Source: Kondoa subrosea (Eukaryota). From it: a stretch of 64,000 bases of DNA. The notes under the pieces were generated by a model that had not been told where the DNA came from, ran no database searches, and saw nothing but the letters and a program-made list of their open reading frames with translations. Positions 38,692 to 51,236 of this stretch are shown here, piece after piece (the first letter of the stretch is position 1; every line of letters starts with the position of its first letter). Both the position numbers and the translations under genes were made by a program. The stretch covers positions 817,528-881,527 of the forward strand of contig BCIN01000008.1 of NCBI GenBank assembly GCA_039545335.1. The letters run 5' to 3'.

Positions 38692-39665
38692 ATTATTGGA
38701 AGCAATCCGGGTCCTCATCAGTAGATTTGCATTGAAATTCTCATTGAACCAGGCTGCTCTCGCTGTGTCCTTTCGTTCCGTCAGTCTTAGACTTCTAGTA
38801 CAAGAGCTATTGAAACTGTGTATTGCTTGAATTAGCATCGCTTTGACACTTTGATCAACTCGACTCCGAGTAACATTTCCTTCGTCTGACAACGAATCTG
38901 GATTTCTGGAGCTGGTTTATAGTCAATCGCGCTGTCTAGGTTCATCCAAAACTGCTACCCACTGGACAGACTGGCATCGATTGCTCGCACGCTTGCAATT
39001 GGAACTTATCAAGTCTGGAGAAATCGCGTCCAAACCATAAAGCGCTCTACCTGCTTGCACTGTTGATACTCCGCGACTCAAAGGATTATTCCCTGCTGGA
39101 CAGAGAAATCTTGTAGATGACCCGCCAACACGCGTAAGAATGCTGTTCGTTCTCTCTTCCAGTCAAATTGTAAGTTTCAATAATACTCAAATCTCAGTTT
39201 GCTTTGATCAACAGGAACTATCAGGAAGACCGCCAGAGTAGTTCTAGAAGACTCACGGTGCCAGACGAAGTGACATGCAGTTAATAGGGACATAGCATAG
39301 CGTAAGTCGAAAGCTGTTTTGATGAGAGTCTCTTCTCCGGCATCTACTCATATGTGCTAGAAATCAAGTGTCTTCTTTCGAAGTTCGAAATAGCAACGCT
39401 TTGGCCCCTAAAGCTTCGAAGCTTCTTTGGGCTTACCTGGACTTAAACTGGAACGACCTTTCGCTCTCAGATCTAAATACAGTGCGCTCCTCGTTACAGT
39501 CAAGGAGATCAAGCTTCCTTGCTAATCGCAGAGACAGATGTCGATGTCAGTCGATAACAGATCAAGTACTGGCGACAACGTATGTTCAGGCTGTTCATTT
39601 TAGTCAGAGAATTGATCTGTTTTGGCCTTTAGCCGTCCATAACGGACAGATCTTTAAGGTCACCC

Positions 39666-40174
39666 ATGGAAATCTCCAACGCTCGGCCAATGCCTGATGC
39701 CAATAGCGTGAGTCTCTCTGCAGCTGCTTTCTTCATGCTTATATTCTATCCAGATAGGGCCTGGTACGGGCAGCGGAGAGCATGCCTCATCCAGTCATAG
39801 CGAGGGTATAGAGGGCAAGATAGAAAGGATGAACCATATGCCCACTTCACAATGTTAGTGTTTGTGCGAGCGTTTACTATTCGCCAACTAATCTGCCTTT
39901 AGCCAACAATTCTATCGCATCGCAACTCGACAAGCGGGAGCAAGAAGAATTAATAGCTACTTTGCAAACTCAGATAGCAATAAAAGATGATCAAATAGCT
40001 GCAAAAGATAAACAGCTAGCTGTAAAGGACGCTCAGATTGCTGCAAAGGACGCTCAGATTACGATGATGCTCGAACTGATGACATATTGCTTGATTCAGC
40101 TGCATTTCCACATGATCCATTTGCCCCTTCTTCTACTTTCGCGGTCCTCTTCAAGCACGCGAACCGGCGATTGA
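39666..40174 (+). CDS. Small hypothetical protein with heptad repeat coiled coil
   Basis: Three exons join in frame. IAIKDDQ-IAAKDKQ-LAVKDAQ-IAAKDAQ is a 7-residue repeat. Confidence 0.45.
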
Positions 40175-40403
40175 GTAATCTTGCAATCTCTGCGCTTCAT
40201 GTATCAATCAGCATGACAGCCGAAGAACCTAATCTGGTTCTCAGATCCGCATGTTCCATATCATGTGCTGATAGACTTCTCATCAGCAAGCCCATTCATT
40301 CCTTTCTGAACAGCAAACCGAGAACTGACCAGATTCCACTTGACCCCATCTGCCGTAACGTACGCGCACCAGTCTGTCCGCCTGGTCTTTCTTCTCCTTC
40401 CAT

Positions 40404-40978
40404 TCACACAGTCTCGGCTACCACGGTACTCTCTCGTCTTTCCTTCAAGCTCTTCAAACCATTCACTAATTCCGACCAGGTCCTGAGCTGCAATTCTGTA
40501 GCACTGGCGCTCAACTTGGAAGTCCCGCTTGGCTCTAGATCAACACCAATGCCCATCGTACTCGGTATCGGCAGTTCGTAAAGTAAAGGAAGAGGAGAAG
40601 CTTTGGTTTGCCTTAGAACTCGAATAGAAGAACGAAGCTCGATTTGGATTTGCTGAACAAATATCAGATCTGTCAGAAGAAGAAGAAGAGGGCAAGAAGA
40701 GTGCTCACGTTCAAAGTAGTGAAGTAGGCAGCAAGATTAGATTCTACATTCGCTTGTTGAACTTCTCGAGTTGCATCAAGTGAAGCGTTAGGGTGTAAAG
40801 AAGCTAGGACTTTGCTTGAGATGGACAGCAATGTAGATAGCTTCTGATTACGTATACAATCTGATGAGCTTGAAAGCCTGGACATGTAGAGAAGTTTGCA
40901 AACCGCGTCTGTCGACGAAAGCAGCTCAATTTGTCTGGTCGACCTGGAAGTCACTTGAGGCTTCTCATCTACGTCCAT
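40404..40978 (-). CDS. MED11: Mediator complex subunit 11
   Basis: Spliced RQIELLSSTDA|KLSTLLSISSKVLASL...YFTTLN|QIQIELRSSIRVL...LSASATELQLRTWSEL resembles the Med11 helical pattern. Size fits. Confidence 0.68.
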
Positions 40979-41235
40979 CACTTCCTGCGACCCGCCTCTA
41001 TCCTTGCTGCCTGTCCAGAGAGTGCGGCGTAAGTCTCAATTTCAACTTGGCTCTTCGAGAAGACCCTTATCTACGAACAGCGAGGTGGAAAATATATCAA
41101 GCCTGAGGATTCTTGGATTATATATCACGTTCGGACGATACCCTAGAGCTGGTACTACGCTGTTGAACGGCTGATAAGAAGGACCCCTCGTTTGCTTGAA
41201 AATCACGGATTTTCGCTGCTTCCCCTTATAAGATT

Positions 41236-44200
41236 ATGCAAAATGGTGTGCCAAGCTCGGTCAACACTAGCTCAAAGACTGCGTCATCTTCGGCTGTGAC
41301 TTTGGAGCAATTGATCAACCAAGAATTGCTCTCAGAAGGTTCCACAGCTGAAAGCACGTTCGTACCCATTTCAAGCAAGAATGTGTTGCCTCTCCCTTCT
41401 CAATCTCCTTCCTCGACCACTACAAGAGCTTCATTAACCAAATCTCCTTTGCTTCGAGCGTCTTCCAGCAGTAACAGTCCAAGTCGATCTATGTCTGCCG
41501 TCACAGCTTCTACTCTTTTAGATGAGGGACACATGTCAAACGGAGGCGGTCGTAAAGCTAGTGTCAGCCTGCAACTCTTTTCGCGGACGGCAGCAGGTTA
41601 TGAACCAAGCGAACGGTGCGATGTAAATCAGGATATCGAGCAAGACCTGGAGTTGCGAGGCAGAAAACCGCATTCCTATATCTCACCTCGCCAATCTTCT
41701 CAACGTATACCTCAGCTGCCTTCGAGCTCTCCATCTCCGCGGAACAGAAAGCCAAAGTCTTCAAAACCGGCCTCTGGTAGTAATTCACCTTCTCTTCTAG
41801 CAAGGTCAAGACCAGAATCGCCTCTCTGGTATTCTTCAGAACCTCAAAGTCTACATGGACAGCTTCCGGATCTAAGCTTGCCTGCTTCTGCTCTATCTTC
41901 GCACGAAAGAAGCAGTTCCGCGCCAGGGATGAGTTTGGCAGAGGAGAAGAACAAGACACCTCACAGATCTACTTCTCGCTTATCATCACTTGCTGAGGAC
42001 TATTTTCTGCCTGATTTGCCATCTTCCACCAGACTATCGACCCTTTCCGCATTACCTCAAATTTCTACGACCGTTTCTCCATCCATACCTTTGCGAAGGA
42101 AATCATTTAAGATTGTTACGACTTCTCGACCTACTCTGTCTACGTCAGGCTCCAACTCTTCTTCATCTGACGAAACACCTGCTGCAAGTTCTCTTTCGCC
42201 CAACTACACACCGCAATTGACTGCCACCGGAATCCTTTCTCCCCCGTTGCATCGAAGCAAACCACCTTTCTTTCCATCTACGTCGAATGAAATCACGCCC
42301 TCTCTAAATCGAACTCTTGCGCCACCTACTTTTCCGGATCAAATACCCTTTGCATCACTTACCTCCTCATTTACCACAGACCCAACAACCGATCATACCT
42401 CATATACTACCACAACACAAAGAACCGAGAGTGATACAGAAGAGGAAGAGAGTGAATCTGAATCGAGTGTCTTTTCAACCGATCAATCTGAGGCTGAAGA
42501 AGAAGAAGATCCAGAAGATCAGGATTGGGATTTTACCAGAAACCCGAAAGAGGAACAACAAGAGGAGGAAGAGCATACTGGAGCGGATTATGATTATGAA
42601 CTTGATGTTGGGAGTTTACAATTACCTGCGACACATCGACCACCAAAAGTCGTTTCACCTCAGTGAGCTACAGTTCTTCTGTGAGGCATACGAATGCAAC
42701 TAATGCATGTCTGCTTGTAGAGCACCTGCACCTGTTTCTGTACCGCTTGAACCGTTTAACAATCAAGTTGGAGGTCATTCCCATATCTTTCGCTTTTCTC
42801 GAAGAGCGGTGTGCAAGGTACGTCCATGTCTTGTGGCCCAACCTGTCTACTCACTATCACTGTTTTGGACAGCCTCTTGTATCTCGCGAAAATCAATTTT
42901 ACGAAGCGGTCGAACAAGCTCATCCGGAATTATTGGCTTTCGTTCCACAATACCTCGGGGTACTGAACGTAACATACCGAAAAGCAGCACGTACAGAGAA
43001 GTCATCATCAGAAAAACCACGAAGAAACGCATTCAGAAGATCTTTCACTCAACCCGTTTCTGCGTCGAAAACAGATGATGAGGAAGCAGAGGAAGAAGAA
43101 ATACCTGAAGTTGCTTTGGATCAGAACCGGCATATTATTCCTGATAGTGCTATGTGGGATATACTGGGACGTGGTAAACCTCGTTCGAAGTCTTTAAAAG
43201 GTGTCAAACGACCAGGACTATCAAGTTCTTTGACTATGGATGAATCTGCATTAAAGATTAAGGCGAAAAGATTGGCAGAGTTGAATGGAAGCAAGAGTCC
43301 TGTTAGCGAAAGTGGATCCGTTACACCTCCGCCAGCACCAAGCAGTACACCGATGGCCAGTCCTCATCCTGCTCGTCATCGCTTGAGAGCATCTATGGCG
43401 GAGTTGAACATGCGAAGAGATAATAGTGCGACTGAAGGTCCACCTATTTCCAGAAGAGCCTCGCAACCTACTGCTTTGAGAAGTACGCCTTCCATTGCGG
43501 GCCTGGGTACAACAAGAGTCAATAGAAAGTTGTGCGAACAAGTGTTACGTGAAGTTTTCAATAGCCCCAAATTAAAGAGCGATCGACCTGCTTGGAAACA
43601 CGGTCGTCGAACTGAATCATCTTATTTCCCTAAGCAAGAGTCAAGCCTTTCTTCAATCGAAAGTCAGCCAAGTCCTTCTTTCGGTACCTTCCCTCAAGGT
43701 GATCCTCAGTCTACGGAACTACCTCAAGATTGTCAAGCTCAAGCGATTCCAGAAAGTAGTGAGACAGGAATGAGAAAGTCGAAGAGCGACACTTCCATGC
43801 CTTCTTTGCTCGAGCGTGAGAAATCCCAGTCCTGCTTACAAGATCTGGCCCAGACCATTCCCAGCTCTCTGCCAACTGATTTAGTTGTCGAACCTCCTTC
43901 CACAGAAGAACTGCTGCAGCACAGCGTTGTCGAGCGACGGCATATGCTGCGACATCATCCTCTGCCACCCAATATAGATGAAGATATGCTTAATTCAGCT
44001 GACCTGTCTTCTTCCCTTCTCTCTGTCCCTTCATCAGAGCGAGAAAGTTCACCTGCCAGACAAGAGAAGTTTTTGCTCATGGAAGATTTGACGGGTAGTC
44101 TGAAAGCTCCTTGCGTGTTGGATCTGAAAATGGGCACAAGGCAATATGGAGTTGATGCAACGCCGGCAAAGAAGCAAAGCCAAACCGCCAAATGTGATCG

Positions 44201-45132
44201 CACGACGAGCAGGACTTTAGGTGTAAGGCTTTGCGGCATGCAGGTCAGTGGTGTTTCAAATTATATCAGCGTATATGTGTTGACTTAGCTGCACACAGAC
44301 ATACAAATCAGCTGAAGATCGTTATGACTTTCAAGACAAGTACTTTGGTCGAAAAGTCAAAACTCGCGATTTCCCTGATGTTCTGGCTTCATTCATTCAT
44401 AACGGTAACCGATTGCTGGTCTATCATATTCCCAGCATGCTTCGCAAACTTTACCGTTTGGCTTCCATTGTTGCTCAACTTCATCGCTATCGCTTTTATG
44501 CTTCAAGTCTGCTCCTGATTTATGATGGCAATGACGAAGTCCAGAAAGCTTTTGAAGAGAGGGCAGTATTTCCTGCTCGCGGTCGACGTCAAGAACGAAA
44601 GATTCCATCTCACGACTTGCCTTCCTCCTGGCAAGGCCCATCAAAACTTGATACCGAAGCACTTACTTCTGGTCGGAGCAAGAGTGTCGATACAAACCAA
44701 AAGAAAGAAGCCAATAAGAAGAAACAAACTGGTCAGATCACTATTCGACTCATCGATTTCGCTCATTGTACTACTGGGGATGATTTCCGTTTCAACGATG
44801 AGGAAGAAAGTGAAGATGAGGAAGAAGATCCAAGACCTAAAGCTACTTTTCCGCCTACACATCCTAAGATGGCCGATACAGGTTTCTTACTGGGATTACA
44901 GAGTCTTTGTTTGGCTTTGGAAAGGATTTGGCATGATGAGATGATCAGAAGAGCTGAGGCTGGAGAGGAAGAACAGCTTGAACCTTTGAATGTTGATCCT
45001 TCTGTGTGGGATCGCTTGTTGCCTGATGGGGTGAGTTGCGTCTGAATCAAAGTAGTGTCGTTTCTGACTCTTTACAAGCAGATTGTAGAAGAAGCTACCT
45101 CTAACGGCTGGCTGGGTAACTTTGATCTGTAA
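41236..45132 (+). CDS. KCS1: Inositol polyphosphate kinase (IP6 kinase Kcs1-like)
   Basis: [30 protein letters not shown]...[14 protein letters not shown] (PxxxDxKxG), [35 protein letters not shown] and D.GFLLGL. Confidence 0.93.
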
Positions 45133-45426
45133 TGTATTGTACCACAGTCCTCATCTGTATATGTTTAATATTACTGCATGCCTTGATGTAAATTTCGACG
45201 AACAAGGTTGCTTCCAAACAACGCTTACTACTGTGCGGCTGTTTTTGCCTTTTACTGTACAATGCTTCCGCTTGTCTTGTCGAGCAATGTCTGCTTACTG
45301 CATCCAGAAGCTGTCTTCCGTGTGCTTCTTGATATCTTCAACATTTGTTTTCAATGGTTTCTTGCTTCTGTACCACTTGATTTTAAGCTTCAATATATCC
45401 CAAGGTGTCAGTCTAAGTCGCTGACA

Positions 45427-46277
45427 ATGCGCTGCTTTCCCTCTGCTTGCACTTTGCTGTGCTCTTTGGCCTTGTTTGCTTCAACATCTTATGCCCAAGT
45501 CAGTCTTCTCCTTCAGCAACACAGCAGCCAGCTTACTGCAACAGCAGCAAATCCAAGTACCTAGCTATTACCAGAGCTGTAGTCCCGTGTCGATCTCTTG
45601 GGCTCCTACAACAGCTCCCTACACTCTTTCTGTTCAAGTCAATGGTCAAACAGTGACGACTTTACCTCAGACTTGGGAGAATCAGATCTCTTGGAACGTT
45701 AATCTAGCTGCGGCAACTTCTTTTACTTTGAGTTGGACAGATGGAGCTGGGTTGTCGACGTCAGCATTCTCTTCTGCCCTTTTCTCTCATCAGGTACTGA
45801 GGAGCCATCATAGAACGTCAATGGCTCAGACAGTATCGACCGGAGGTTCTACGGATTGCTTGCAAAGTCAGCAACAGCAGCCAAACCCGAATCCGCCGGG
45901 ATATAGCGTACAATGTCAGTCACAGCATAACCTCAGCGTCTTTGAATTTTGCAGCTGATTTTGGTATTCTAGATGTCACCACAGTAACGACCACTGTTGG
46001 TCAGTGAGAGTAACTTTGTCTCTCTTTGAAGTCGAAGCTGAACAAGTGCTTCAAGGCGGGCCAACTCCAACTTTCACAGCATCTCAATATACTCAAATCG
46101 TAGGCAATCCAGCTCCTGTCACCGTCACAGTGTGAGTCCACACATTCTCGACATGTATTAAATCTCGCTAATGGAGTGTTTTAAAGATACGCATCTTCAG
46201 CTGAGGCGCTCTGCTCTTTGGGCTATAGCAACCTGCTGCTTATTGCACTTGCTATATTCCACTTCATGTTACGATAA
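45427..46277 (+). CDS. Secreted Ser/Thr-rich, probably GPI-anchored cell-surface protein
   Basis: Signal peptide, then QSCSPVSISWAPTTAPYTLSV...ISWNVNLAAATSFTLSWTDGAG...STDCL, a Thr-rich stalk, an SSA omega-like site and a hydrophobic tail LLLIALAIFHFMLR*. Confidence 0.72.
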
Positions 46278-46724
46278 AGATGGTCCTTAATAATTACGTG
46301 AGTACAGAGCAAAGACAGGTTCAGATTCATCTAATGCTTCTTTCTGGTTTTAGGACCCAGGCATAACACGATACAACACACGACATACACACGGTTTATG
46401 AAGACATTTGTATACTTGATAGAGACGCAATTGGGAATCGATTTGGGCAGGACATTTTTGTTGATAATGCAGTGCGCATTCTTTCATTTCCGATCCTGTG
46501 CATTCCAAGAGGAAGAAGAACACGAAAAGGAACAGCCCATCGTATATGAATTACTTGAAATCTTGAACAAGCACTGCCCGAACATCCCTCTTCCGTCAAC
46601 GATTGCCATATACCTCCAGCGCCTGCTTTACTAAGCAGTTGGCTGCCGGGCTTCTCCTATATACCCTCGAATCAGTGATATCTCTGCACGTTTGCTTGTT
46701 ATATCCACAGCTCGTCGACAAGAA

Positions 46725-49033
46725 ATGACAGTCGAAACTCTCTGCTGCCCTTGCTTGAATGTCCAAATCTCCACGACACCTACTGCGGATCATGCAGAAT
46801 CAGATCAGCTGCTGCTGCAAGCGCTCTCGTCTACTTCGAGTCAACCTTCTCCGCCTCGTGTAGCACAATTGACCAATCTTCGAGTGGTAGGTTGAGGTCC
46901 ACTATGCATAGGAGATGACTGACATAAACCACAGGCCCATGAGCTGTTGGTTTCAATACAGACAGCGAAGAATACATGTCAATTACGTTGTTTGAATTGC
47001 TCGACATTGGCAGCTACCTACCCTGCAGCTCAAACACAAGATAAGAAGCGTAGCATGCCTCAATCTGGCAGGATTGCTCTCTCTTCGGATCTTATCGTGA
47101 GTCTTACTAGTAATGCTGACTTCGGCGAGAATCTGAAATGCTTCCCAGTCATCGGAGCGCATAGCCAGTCTGAAAGAGCAAGAAAGCTACTCCGAAGCTT
47201 TTGGTATTCTGATAGAACGCAAGTCTAAGGCATCAACTTCAGCGGAGCTTTCCCTTTCTTCTCCACCTCTTGCGAATCTTAATTCCCCTCGTTCGCCCAT
47301 TTCTTCTCCACCTCCAATGCAACGGACACCGTCAGGCTCTAGACCAAGAGCGGAATCATCAACTTCACATCCTACTATAGCTGCATTGAATGAACGAATG
47401 AACCTAGCTATCAAAGCTAATAGAACAGCAACAGAAAAGGAGATTACAAGCTTAAGAAAGAAATCTGATCTTTTTGCTCAACGTACTAAAGAAGAAGTCG
47501 ATATCCTTTCCTCCCGAGTTGGTTTACTCAAAGGAGGATTCACCAACTCTACTTCTTCTCCTTCTTCGCCAGGTAGTCCTGTTCGACCTATATTGTCACC
47601 TAGGAGAACCCAAGAGAGCTTGCAGAATACTACTATACCTACTTTACCACCTGATTCAGATCCTGGTGTGAATAAAGATTTAGCGAGTTCTTTGGCAATT
47701 TCTGCTGGGTTGGCTAGAATGGAACAAGCTGCTGCTCAAAGAAGTGCAGAATTGAGGAAAGAAGCAGATGAGAAGGAGGAGAGGCAGCGATTAGAGAAAG
47801 AGAAGTCAGAAGTAGAAGAGGAAAAGGAACCGATTACGCCTACTAGTTCTTCGAAGAAAGTCAAATTCTTGGTACCCGAGGTCAATGAAGCACCGGAAGA
47901 GAGTCAGCAGCTGGGAATTAGTCCTAGTCAGAGCTCTTTGGCTTCTACTAGCTCTAATGTGGATCATGATCAAGGTCAGTGGATGGCTGTCTGTAAGACG
48001 ATCTGTCTTAATTGGCTGCTTTCTTTGACAGAGGAGACTATGTTTCCACTCGACGAAGATCTAGAAGAATCAGAACTTGAATTGGATGATGAAGACACCG
48101 AAAGAGAAGGATTGGAAGGAGAGCTGGATACGCTTGAAGAAGCTTACGAGAAGATGCCGCCAACACACATCAAGTCTAGCTTCTCAGCCGCTAATCACGA
48201 ACAAACGGAGAAACTTCGTCAATTATTAGGAACAGATGCACCTTCTCATCGAGCATCTTCTTCGAAAAAGAACAGAGACGGTCGTCAAACTCCTCTTAAC
48301 GACATCTTTGAATCCAATTCTTCCCCTATTGGATCTGGCTCGTCCAGAGGTCCCTCGCCTGCTTTCACTCCTTACAATGTGGCTGCTTCTGTCCCTATCG
48401 CCATTGCCATGAGAAGAAGATCAGATTTAGAATCACCTAAACTGGAAATGAAGACTTCTGTACCTGATAGAGAAGCAATGTTTGTGCCTCCTCTCCGAAC
48501 GGCCCGAAGATCCTCCACAAAGAGACCAAGTGAGTTGAAAAGCGATATCGCTGAACAATTGAGAGAGGCAACCGAATATGCTGGTCGAATGTCGGTTCAA
48601 AAGGCAAACGGTTTCTCTTCCCGATCACAACAACCTTCTGCTTCATCATCTTCTGTACCAATTCAAGAAGATTCTACTCCCGTGCCGCATATCATGTCAA
48701 ACGAAGAACTTTTTAGTCCACCTAGAAATCCAGTTGGTTCTTTCAGAGGACCATCAAGCTTATCAGCTGCCTTTGCTAAACCTCCACCTCCTCAAAACTT
48801 ACCACCTACTGTTCAAGCTAATCCTTTAGCTCAAGTGGCAGAAGGTTTTGATTTACCTGAAGAAAGTTTGCAAGAGGGAGAAGAACCCAAAGAATTTGTT
48901 CCGCCTCATAAGTTCGTGCCCTTCTTTTGCTTCTTGTGTATAATTCTCTGATTATATGTATAATAGATGGAAATCGTTAATCAGAGGATCGGAATCGCTT
49001 TTATCGACAAGTGTACGCGATCTCAAGGACTAA
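46725..49033 (+). CDS. Hypothetical protein: N-terminal Cys cluster, coiled coil, long disordered tail with short conserved-looking motifs
   Basis: CCPCLNV and RCLNC near the N-terminus. Later motifs KKVKF, MFPLDED, ASVPIAI and FVPPHK|W. Canonical introns. Confidence 0.7.
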
Positions 49034-49373
49034 AGTAATCGAATCAAATCAATCAATATGGGTCACAAATATCAAGGTGCATCATTGCGTGTTCAGTAGG
49101 GAATATCAGTACAAGTAACAAATATATCACACTCCGTTTTCTCTTTCGTCTTGATGTTCCATCATTCAGCTCGAGCTGCATCTGCACTGCAGGCAAAGGA
49201 GAGTTTTGTTAATGCAAACGGAGACTATTACAACGGTCCGCTATGCTAGCGAGTTCTGGAGAGACCGTTCATCCAGCTCAGATCACGTGTACCAAATAAA
49301 AATCGTCATGATGGGCAATTCTAAATTTTGCTGTTCTTTCTCTCAACGCTCATCTGCAAAGTACAGTACAACC

Positions 49374-51086
49374 ATGTCAAACGGTAAAACATTCACTGTA
49401 TGTCACCTTACAGCGTGGAGAGCTTAGGATTGTACTCACTACGAATGCCTTCATTAGCTATCTGGCGGTGCCAAAATCCCAGCTATTGGTTTCGGTAAAG
49501 ACCGAGGCTATACACTGTTCTACATTAGCTTATACGAACTACAGGAACATGGCAATCAGCTCCTGGAGAAGTCAAGAATGCAGTCATTGAAGGTTTGGTT
49601 CTAACTCGGTTCTCGCTTGCTGTGGCTGATGGAGAATAATAGCCCTAAAGGCTGGCTACCGTCATTTGGATGTACGTAAAGGCTTTGGTACAAAGATATG
49701 TAACTCACAACACTGTTTGCAGCTTGCTAAAGTCTAGTACGTGATGTTGGCTTCTAGGACAATAGTCCTTTAGAAAGCTCATACTGTCGTACAGCGGCAA
49801 CCAGCCTGAGATTGCTGATGGCATCAAAGAAGGTCTCAAAGCTGCAGGAATCCAACGTAGCGACGTTTTCATTGTAGGTCTTTGTTTATGTAACTTCATA
49901 TCGAAGTTCCACATGACACTTTGAACCTACAGACCTCCAAGCTCTGGAACTCTCAGCATAACCCTGAAGATGTTGCTGCCGCTTTGGACGACTGCTTAGC
50001 CGAACTTCAGCTAGATTACTTAGATCTTTACCTCATCCATTTCCCTGTCGCTTTCAAGAAACAATCAGGTGGAAACCCTCACAAAGATCTTTTCCCTCTA
50101 GTCGAAGGTTCAGACAAGAATGAAGTTGCTGATTGTGAGATTGATGATTCGATCAAGATCAGCCAAACTTGGGAAGCTATGACCAAGCTAGACAAAAAGA
50201 AGGCGTGAGTGCAAGGCGTCGACTGTGCTACTTTTGTCGCTCAGCCAGTATCACCGAATCGCAGGCGCGCCGTTGGTGTCTCAAATCACACCGTTAAGCA
50301 TCTTGAGGCCATCATCAAGGCAACAGGTCAAACACCAGAAGTGAACCAGGTCAGTGCGCAGAGGTGAGAATATCAATGAGATATTCACCATTGCGGCATC
50401 TGACAGGTTGAGATGCATGCTCGATTGCAAGACCAAGAATTGCTTGATTTCGCAAAGAAGAACAACATTCACTTGACTGGCTGTTAGTGTCTTTATCCAT
50501 GCACTATAATCTTGCTGACAACTCTTTGTTCAGACTCAAGCTTCGGAAACAACAGTAAGCCATCAGAATACTTTGCGTGCATTCGCTGATCATTTTGCGT
50601 GTCTTGCAGTGATTGACGAGCCTCTCCTTTTCACCGAGCCTGTTGTCCAGCAAATCGCTGCTGTAAGTCTGGTAAATATTAGATGCAGGGCTTTGCTGAT
50701 TTCTCGGCGACAGGATGAAGGATGCACTCCTGCTCAGCTTCTGCTTGCCTGGGTCAACAAGCGCGGCGCCTCTACTATTCCTAAATCTGTCTCTGCTGGA
50801 CGAATCAAGGCCAACTTCGAAGCTGTAGAAATCAGTGAACAGGCTTACCAGAAGCTCACTGAATTCGGTGCAAGCAAACCAGCTCGTTTCAGTAAGCTTT
50901 ATTGCTCCATTGCTTTATCATTATCGCTGATGTGACATTTCTAGACGTTCCTGTCACTGCTAACAAGCCAAGATGGAACATGTAAGTGTGGACCTCTCGG
51001 TTTTAGGACTCTTTCCTGACGTTTCGTATAGCAACATCTTTGAAACTGAAGGCGAGAAATCTGCCAAGCACCAAGTTGTCGTCTAG
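49374..51086 (+). CDS. Aldo-keto reductase (about 13 introns)
   Basis: [53 protein letters not shown] and TIPKSV. Catalytic D/Y/K/H tetrad present. Confidence 0.94.
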
Positions 51087-51236
51087 GGCACATTGGACAA
51101 GAAATAGATCATGCTTGTAGAAATAGAGCTACTGCAGCAAAAGAAAAAAGACACTATCGTTGTCAAAATTTGTCGTTACCCCTCGTTACATAGACTCGTT
51201 ACACAACGTCAGCATTGCTCAAATATCTATACGAAG

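Noticed and set aside
38780..39280. Possible spliced minus-strand ORF starting MSLRLAP|ILTRVGG (mitochondrial-like presequence)
   Set aside because: Downstream exons are unresolved and there is no recognisable domain.
46280..46634. ATG plus intron immediately after the GPI-protein stop, and ORF 46398-46634
   Set aside because: The frames do not join convincingly. It could be a 3'UTR intron or chance.
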